Source: a virus
Reading direction: 5' to 3' (one strand)
Length of the DNA: 64,000 bases
IMG/VR virus record: IMGVR_UViG_3300032304_002326
Coordinates: 14,588 to 78,587 of that record
Shown one piece after another: positions 57,892 through 64,000 of this stretch (within the stretch, counting starts at the first letter, position 1; every line of letters begins with the position of its first letter). The notes under the pieces were generated by a model that ran no database searches, was not told the DNA's origin, and worked only from the letters and a program-made list of their open reading frames with translations. The position numbers were made by a program, and so were the translations under genes.

Positions 57892-58776
57892 ATGTTAGAA
57901 TTAAATTTAGTTTACGAAGGGGCTAGTGATATTAAATATAAAATATCAAAATTCCCAGATGGTCAACAAGATGTTACCATCACAAAATTTGACACAAAGG
58001 TTAGTGAGGTTATTATTAAATCAAGTTTTAATAATTTCAAAGACTTGGAGTTAATAATTTCAACAACAAAAGCACTTAGGAATTTAAAAGTTGAAAGAAT
58101 TCACTTGTATATCCCATATATTTTGGGTGCTAGAAGTGATAGAAAATTTGTTGAAGGTGGAACATCCTATTTAAGAGACGTTATCGCACCAATATTAAAT
58201 GCGCAAAATTATGTTACAGTAACTTGTATCGATGCACATAGTGATGTTGCAGCAGCATGTATAAATAACCTAGAAGTTATGGATAACTCTTGGTTTGTTA
58301 AAATCGCTTTAACCAAACAAAATCAAATTAGTTTGCAAAATGCTGTGGATTCATTCACACTAATCTCACCAGATGCTGGTGCACTTAAAAAAATCTATAA
58401 TTTAGCTGAAAAAATTGGTTATAAAAGAGATATCTTAATTGCATCAAAACATAGAGATATTGAAACTGGTAAAATATTAAGTACAAACGTACCACTTAAT
58501 GCTGGTGAACATACAAATAACAATTTCTTAATCGTTGACGATATCTGTGATGGTGGTAGAACATTCATTGAAATTGCAAAAGCAATTCATGAAATGAGAC
58601 CAACAGCTAAAGTATCATTAGCAATTACTCATGGTATATTCTCAGGTGGGTATTATGAATTAAGTAAACATATTAACCACATCTATTGCACCAATTCAGT
58701 AAAAGATATAGAAGTTGAATCAACATCAGATTATACTGTATCCAAAGATTACATAACACAAATTAACGTATATTAA
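57892..58776 (+). CDS. PRPP-synthetase-like pyrophosphokinase (NARP1 Adps-like)
   Basis: 'KFPDGQ', 'PYILGARSDR', 'DAHS', 'ISPDAGA', 'IVDDICDGGRTF', 'THGIFS'. Confidence 0.85.
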   Translation: MLELNLVYEGASDIKYKISKFPDGQQDVTITKFDTKVSEVIIKSSFNNFKDLELIISTTKALRNLKVERIHLYIPYILGARSDRKFVEGGTSYLRDVIAPILNAQNYVTVTCIDAHSDVAAACINNLEVMDNSWFVKIALTKQNQISLQNAVDSFTLISPDAGALKKIYNLAEKIGYKRDILIASKHRDIETGKILSTNVPLNAGEHTNNNFLIVDDICDGGRTFIEIAKAIHEMRPTAKVSLAITHGIFSGGYYELSKHINHIYCTNSVKDIEVESTSDYTVSKDYITQINVY

Positions 58777-58777
58777 T

Positions 58778-59260
58778 ATGAAAGAAATTAAACCACCACA
58801 CTCAATAGTTAAAAATAGTAATAAAGGTTGGGATAAAGTTTTTCTAGCTGGTACAATTGAAATGGGTAATTCTGAAGATTGGCAAACAAAAGTGTCAAAT
58901 GCTTTGGCAGATAGACCATGCACAATACTAAACCCAAGAAGAACAGATTGGGATTCATCATGGACTCAAGAATTTGAAAATCCACAGTTTTACCAACAAG
59001 TAACCTGGGAATTAAATGCCCTAGATAAAGCAGATGTTATCATTTTATATCTATTACCAGATTCAAAATCACCAATATCACTTTTGGAATTGGGGTTATA
59101 TGCTAATAGTGGTAAATTATTGGTTTGTTGCCCAAATGGATTCTGGAGAAAGGGTAATGTTGACATCGTTTGTGAAAGATTTAACGTACCAGTTTACGAA
59201 AATATTGAAAAACTCTTGCATGATAACTTTTTTATTACTACCTTTGACGAAAATAATTAA
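58778..59260 (+). CDS. Nucleoside 2-deoxyribosyltransferase-like protein
   Basis: 'VFLAGTI...DWQ', 'LNPRR', 'QVTWEL', 'SPISLLELG'. Confidence 0.75.
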   Translation: MKEIKPPHSIVKNSNKGWDKVFLAGTIEMGNSEDWQTKVSNALADRPCTILNPRRTDWDSSWTQEFENPQFYQQVTWELNALDKADVIILYLLPDSKSPISLLELGLYANSGKLLVCCPNGFWRKGNVDIVCERFNVPVYENIEKLLHDNFFITTFDENN

Positions 59261-59263
59261 TAT

Positions 59264-59527
59264 TTGATGGAAAATAATAAATTAATAGGGGCAACGATAA
59301 TCGGGGTATGTGTATTCTTATCAATTGGTGTTGTCACAAATGCAGTAACAAAAAAATCAACTCACGAACATAGAATGGAGTTGATTGAAGAAGCAAAAGC
59401 GTTGTATGAATTGAATAAAGAAGTAAAATTCGATAAAAGTTATAACGATGTTAAACTATTTGTTGATAGTTTGAAATTAGAAATAGAAAAAGATTTAAGA
59501 AAATCAAATAATAACAAAAAAAAATAA
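59264..59527 (+). CDS. Single-TM hypothetical protein
   Basis: 'LIGATIIGVCVFLSIGVV'. Confidence 0.55.
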   Translation: MMENNKLIGATIIGVCVFLSIGVVTNAVTKKSTHEHRMELIEEAKALYELNKEVKFDKSYNDVKLFVDSLKLEIEKDLRKSNNNKKK

Positions 59528-59533
59528 AATAAC

Positions 59534-61039
59534 ATGAGAATTAATCCATTATTTTTAACAGATGGTTACAAAACTGGTCACCATCAACAATACCCAAAAG
59601 GTACAACATTGGTTTACTCAAACTTCACACCAAGAAGTTTGAAACATGCACCAAAACACTGCAATGAAATCGTTTCATTTGGTCAACAAATGGTTATGAG
59701 AATAATCCACGAAGCATTTGATGCTGACTTCTTCTCACAACCAAAAGACATTGTGTGTGGTGAAATGAAACGTGAGTTATCATTGTACCTTAACACAGAT
59801 TACGATGTATCACATTTTGAAGCATTACATGATTTGCAATATTTACCAATCAAAGTTAAAGCTATTGAAGAAGGTACAGTTGTTCCAGTTAAAGTTCCAG
59901 TACTTACAATCTACAATACTATTCCTGAATTTTATTGGATTACAAACTACCTGGAAACAATCATTTCTAACTTATTGTGGAAACCAATTACATCTGCAAC
60001 AATCGCACATAACTACAGAAAAGTATTAACATCTTGGCAAGAAAAAACCGATGCTGAACGTGGTTGGTTTATTGATTGGCAAGGTCACGACTTCTCAATG
60101 AGAGGATTGGACTCAATCGATGCAACAATATCATCAGGTATTGGTCACTTAACATCATTCTCTGGTTCAGATTCATTACCAGCAATTTATGGTGCTAGAA
60201 AATACTACGGTGAAACTGGATTTATCGCTGGTTCAGTTAATGCAACAGAACATTCAGTAATGTGTGCTGGTGGTAAAGAAGATGAAATCGATACATTCCG
60301 TAGATTATTAGATACATACCCAATTGGAATCCTTTCAGTAGTATCTGATACATGGGACTTGTGGAAAGTATGTACTGAACACGTAGTTACTTTGAAAGAA
60401 GAAATTATGAGTCGTGATGGTAAATTGGTTATTCGCCCTGACTCTGGTGACCCAGTAGATATTCTTTGTGGTACAGAAAATTACGTAACCTCTAAATTAA
60501 CATTTGATGAAGTAAAAGATGTTGCAATTGTTCATCCTGAACAAAAAGGAGTTATTGAATTACTTTGGGATGTATTCGGTGGAACAATCAACGAACAAGG
60601 TTACAAAGTTCTTGATTCTCACATCGGAGCAATCTATGGTGACTCAATTACAATCGATAGAGCAAATGAAATTTGCGCTAGATTAGAAGCAAAAGGTTTT
60701 GCATCAACAAACGTAGTATTAGGTATCGGTTCATTCACATACCAATACAACACTCGTGATACTTTTGGATTTGCAATGAAAGCAACATACGTTGAAGTAA
60801 ATGGTGAAGGTAGAGAAATCTTTAAAGACCCAATCACTGACGATGGAACAAAAAAATCAGCAACTGGATTACTAAGAGTAACAACTGGTGAAGATGGTTA
60901 TAAGTTAGTTGACCGCCAAACTTGGGCTGGTGAACAAACTGGTAACCTACAAACAATCTACTCTGATGGTAATTTTTACAACCCAACAACACTTACCGAA
61001 ATTAGAGGTAAGCTTGGTAAATTAGTAGAACTAGTATAA
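59534..61039 (+). CDS. Nicotinamide phosphoribosyltransferase-like enzyme (NARP1 Namat-like)
   Basis: 'TDGYKTGH..QYP', 'HDFSMRG', 'ATEHSVM', 'SVVSDTWD', 'VIRPDSGDP', 'IYGDSI', 'KDPITD.GTKKSATG'. Confidence 0.9.
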   Translation: MRINPLFLTDGYKTGHHQQYPKGTTLVYSNFTPRSLKHAPKHCNEIVSFGQQMVMRIIHEAFDADFFSQPKDIVCGEMKRELSLYLNTDYDVSHFEALHDLQYLPIKVKAIEEGTVVPVKVPVLTIYNTIPEFYWITNYLETIISNLLWKPITSATIAHNYRKVLTSWQEKTDAERGWFIDWQGHDFSMRGLDSIDATISSGIGHLTSFSGSDSLPAIYGARKYYGETGFIAGSVNATEHSVMCAGGKEDEIDTFRRLLDTYPIGILSVVSDTWDLWKVCTEHVVTLKEEIMSRDGKLVIRPDSGDPVDILCGTENYVTSKLTFDEVKDVAIVHPEQKGVIELLWDVFGGTINEQGYKVLDSHIGAIYGDSITIDRANEICARLEAKGFASTNVVLGIGSFTYQYNTRDTFGFAMKATYVEVNGEGREIFKDPITDDGTKKSATGLLRVTTGEDGYKLVDRQTWAGEQTGNLQTIYSDGNFYNPTTLTEIRGKLGKLVELV

Positions 61040-61380
61040 TGGACCTTAAATTTTATAAAGAATCAGATAATAGATGGTATGTGGACCTTCCCGAATGGGA
61101 AGGTCCTAAAGCCAACCTGGAAATGGTAATGGGTGCCGATACCATGTTAGAAATACTAGCACAAGGTGAAGGTGAAGTAACTTTATATATGCTAACAGAA
61201 CCAGAAGATGGTTACGAAAAGCTTATATATAAACATGAAACCCCAGAACTAGGTGAAGGGGCATATTATCACATGGAATCATATATAGGATTGGAATTTA
61301 ATCTTGATGTTTGGTTATGTGATGTAACCAAATTTGTATTCGGCAAATTTCCAAAAATAATTTATTTTAATAAAGCTTAA
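61039..61380 (+). CDS. Hypothetical protein (DUF6717-like)
   Basis: 'WYVDLP', 'MVMGADTML', 'WLCDVTKFVFG.FP..IY'. Confidence 0.55.
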   Translation: MDLKFYKESDNRWYVDLPEWEGPKANLEMVMGADTMLEILAQGEGEVTLYMLTEPEDGYEKLIYKHETPELGEGAYYHMESYIGLEFNLDVWLCDVTKFVFGKFPKIIYFNKA

Positions 61381-61384
61381 AAAT

Positions 61385-61777
61385 ATGGGATTAATAGTAA
61401 ACGTAGAAAAAATTGAAAAAATATATACACATAAAGCAAGACAATCTTTTTATGTTAGATATAACGAAGGTAAACCTGAAAAAAAAATATTTTTTGGATT
61501 AATAAGACTTGAAAAAGAACAAAAACCATATTGGAGACATTCATATGATGATAATTATGATACTAGAGAAGATTTAGTTAGTTCTAACTCAGATAAATTC
61601 TTTATAAATTATGATGCATTATTCGAATGCTCAATTTGGGAAAAACCACATTTATATATTGTAATATCTAATGGTGAAAATATTACACTTTATTATAATT
61701 CATATAAAGATTTACAAGAAAAATTGGATGAAATTATTAACCAATCAAATGGTAATTTAGTAATTATAAATAAATAA
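61385..61777 (+). CDS. Hypothetical protein
   Basis: ORF. Confidence 0.6.
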   Translation: MGLIVNVEKIEKIYTHKARQSFYVRYNEGKPEKKIFFGLIRLEKEQKPYWRHSYDDNYDTREDLVSSNSDKFFINYDALFECSIWEKPHLYIVISNGENITLYYNSYKDLQEKLDEIINQSNGNLVIINK

Positions 61778-61840
61778 TTTACCGTCATAATTGGACCATA
61801 CGGTAGAATCTTTAATTTTTACCGACCATTATATATCAAA

Positions 61841-61863
61841 AACCCCTTAATTGGGGTTTTTTT
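61841..61863. terminator. Bidirectional intrinsic terminator
   Basis: AACCCC-TTAATT-GGGGTT flanked by A and T runs between convergent genes. Confidence 0.75.
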
Positions 61864-61864
61864 G

Positions 61865-62509
61865 TTAGCTATAATATGTCCCGTAAACATCATTGGTTAA
61901 ACCATAATCAATCATAACTATGGTATCACTACCGTCCCTATTCACCAAACCATAAGTGGATAATCTACCCAAATCACCAACTGGAATATCGTAATTAGCC
62001 ATAAAACTTAACATTTCATAAACAAATTCATTATCCCACATTTCATCCATGTTCTTAGGTTTTGCTGTTGGGTATCTATTAGGTTTAATATTGGTAAAAT
62101 AATTATACTTCATAGCATTAGCGTACTCATCAAAACTTACACCCACAACATTCTTAAAAATATTAGGAGTAACCTTTTTAGCCAATTCCATTTCAACCCA
62201 TAAATTATTTTCATCAGATTCAAATACTTTGGCAACAATACCTGATAAGTCATAATAATTACCATACTCAATTTCAACCTCATTTTGAGCTAACCCCTTT
62301 TTGTTCTTAGCCAATTTAAGTACTTTTTCATTATCCACCATATAAACAATCCTACTGGAACCAGCAGCAAGTCTTTTAAGATGTGTATTACAATATTCAA
62401 CACGCTTTGTAAATGAATTTAATTTTTTAAATTCTTCAATATTCCAACTAGATGGATAATCCTCACCAACCAAATTTTCTCTTAATAATTTTTGAATGTA
62501 CCTTTTCAT
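61865..62509 (-). CDS. Protein-kinase-like fold protein with 'IQKLLRE' leader
   Basis: 'LAAGSSRIVY' (G-loop), 'VLKLA', 'QNEVE', 'GDL', 'VMIDYG'. Confidence 0.65.
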   Translation of the reverse strand: MKRYIQKLLRENLVGEDYPSSWNIEEFKKLNSFTKRVEYCNTHLKRLAAGSSRIVYMVDNEKVLKLAKNKKGLAQNEVEIEYGNYYDLSGIVAKVFESDENNLWVEMELAKKVTPNIFKNVVGVSFDEYANAMKYNYFTNIKPNRYPTAKPKNMDEMWDNEFVYEMLSFMANYDIPVGDLGRLSTYGLVNRDGSDTIVMIDYGLTNDVYGTYYS

Positions 62510-62550
62510 ATTAATAAATATATTTATATTTATATAAAAAAGTCAAACAA

Positions 62551-64000
62551 ATGAAGAATTTAATTTTGGAAAGCGATGTAAAAATTGTTAAAGGTACGAT
62601 GGGTGCTGCACCAATTGCATATGTTAAAGGTGATGTATACGCATCAAAAGATATACTTAAAAAATATAATGCAAAATGGAATGGAACAAATAAATTTTGG
62701 TTCTGGTTCTTAAATAAAAATAATCCACAAGAAACAATCGATAAAATCATTAGACCAGCATTAGCTGAACTAAAAAAATCACAAAATGTTCCAGTTGATG
62801 AAATCGAAAAAGAAATTGACCAAATCCTAGCATCAATGGAAACTGAAGGACCATCAGCAAACCCAGATTTGGGAGTTAGTGCAGATGAAGAAAAAAATAT
62901 CAAAGATAAATTACAAGCATTTAAACAAAGACTTGTTAATATCGAAAATGATGAGCAATTCAAAGAAACAATGGGTAAAATTCTTGCCCTTAAATCAGCA
63001 CAAGGTTATCAATTTTCTTTCGGTAATTCAATCCTTATTATGATTCAAAACGAAAATGCTGGAATCGTAAACAGTAGAAAAAACTGGTTGGAAAAATATA
63101 ACAGAACCGTAAACGCAAACGCTAAACCATTAATGGTTTGGGCCCCACAAGGAATCAACCAAAAATTAAGTAAAGATAAAGAAGATTTGTTAAAAGCTGA
63201 ATTCCTTAAAAAATCAGGAAAAAAACCAGGTGATAAATTAACACCAAATGAACAATTCCAATTAGAAAAACTTTTAAAAGGCTATACATACGCAACCAAA
63301 TTTAAATTCGTACCAGTATTCTCACAAAATGATACAACTCAAATAGAAGGGACTGAAGATTATATCAAAGCAGCGCAAGATTCACAAAAAGATATAAAAT
63401 GGTTTGAAGATAATATGTTATCAGATGAAATTAGACCAATATATAAAGGACTTATTGATTTCACAGAAGAAAAAGGTATCAAATTTGAAATGGTAGATGA
63501 TTTAGATGGCTCAAGAGGTGTTAGTGCTAATGGTGCAATCAGATTATTAAAAAATGAAGGTAATGATATCGGACTAACAAAAACTCTAGCCCATGAAATT
63601 ACTCACGAATTACTTCACCAAAAATATCTATCAAATAAAGGTGATGAATCATCTAAATTCTTCCTGGGTACAGCTGAAGGTAGAGCTGCCGTTGAACAAC
63701 AAGCAGAATTATCAGCGTGGATGTTTATGTATGCATTCGGTTTTGACCTTAAAACAACTTCACTTAATTATGTACTTCTTTGGGGTGGTGATAAAGATAA
63801 AATGGTTAAAGTATTTGATACTGTATCCAGCTCTGTTAACTACCTTATTGATTACGTTAATAAGAAAATCAAATCACTAGACGAAGGAATGGGAAGTCAT
63901 ACTCATGGTAAAAATATTACACCAGATGAAATTGCAAAACTTATAGGTGTAGGTTCTGAATACCAATCATTGAAATCTGGTAAAAAACCAAATGCAGATG
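62551..64000 (+). CDS. ArdC-like protein (ssDNA-binding domain plus HExxH metallopeptidase), 3'-truncated; not in ORF track
   Basis: Open from ATG 62551 to window end: 'FSFGNSILIMIQ', 'W....R.V', 'FKFVPVF...DT', 'TLAHEITHELLH', 'EQQAEL.A', 'SLNYV..W'. Confidence 0.75.
   Translation, partial: MKNLILESDVKIVKGTMGAAPIAYVKGDVYASKDILKKYNAKWNGTNKFWFWFLNKNNPQETIDKIIRPALAELKKSQNVPVDEIEKEIDQILASMETEGPSANPDLGVSADEEKNIKDKLQAFKQRLVNIENDEQFKETMGKILALKSAQGYQFSFGNSILIMIQNENAGIVNSRKNWLEKYNRTVNANAKPLMVWAPQGINQKLSKDKEDLLKAEFLKKSGKKPGDKLTPNEQFQLEKLLKGYTYATKFKFVPVFSQNDTTQIEGTEDYIKAAQDSQKDIKWFEDNMLSDEIRPIYKGLIDFTEEKGIKFEMVDDLDGSRGVSANGAIRLLKNEGNDIGLTKTLAHEITHELLHQKYLSNKGDESSKFFLGTAEGRAAVEQQAELSAWMFMYAFGFDLKTTSLNYVLLWGGDKDKMVKVFDTVSSSVNYLIDYVNKKIKSLDEGMGSHTHGKNITPDEIAKLIGVGSEYQSLKSGKKPNAD

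Noticed and set aside
61778-61835. Short imperfect repeat TTTACCG.. and small stem before the terminator
   Set aside because: Too short to distinguish from chance in AT-rich DNA.
1-64000. Stop-codon reassignment, tRNA or rRNA genes
   Set aside because: Core genes are full length in the standard code with high coding density; no cloverleaf or rRNA-like sequence seen by eye.

Overview
This is a very AT-rich, densely coding 64 kb segment of a large (jumbo-type) T4-like tailed phage, read in the standard genetic code. The host is probably Bacteroidota, because seven TTG-N19-20-TAnnTTTG promoters are visible. Left to right it holds: a sugar-modification/glycosyltransferase cluster (gmd, DegT aminotransferase, acyltransferase, six GTs), PhoH, a gp55-like late sigma factor, baseplate/tail-like genes, and the minus-strand head module (terminase, portal, prohead protease, scaffold, major capsid protein). 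It then holds a ClpC chaperone fractured by an atypically split intein with an endonuclease between the halves, accessory genes, a NARP1-type NAD+ rebuilding operon, and an ArdC-like gene running off the end. Most notable, by manual reading: (1) six insertions that duplicate and replace the terminus of the gene or promoter they land in, including a synonymously recoded capsid C-terminus around a non-nuclease cargo gene; (2) a shared 'I-x-x-[LK]-L-R-E' tag on unrelated late-expressed enzymes, suggesting head-packaged, protease-released effectors; (3) the split-intein ClpC; (4) a probable -1 frameshift making a ~967-aa head polyprotein; (5) an ATATTTAT late-promoter motif. All product calls come from recognising motifs by eye; no searches were run.
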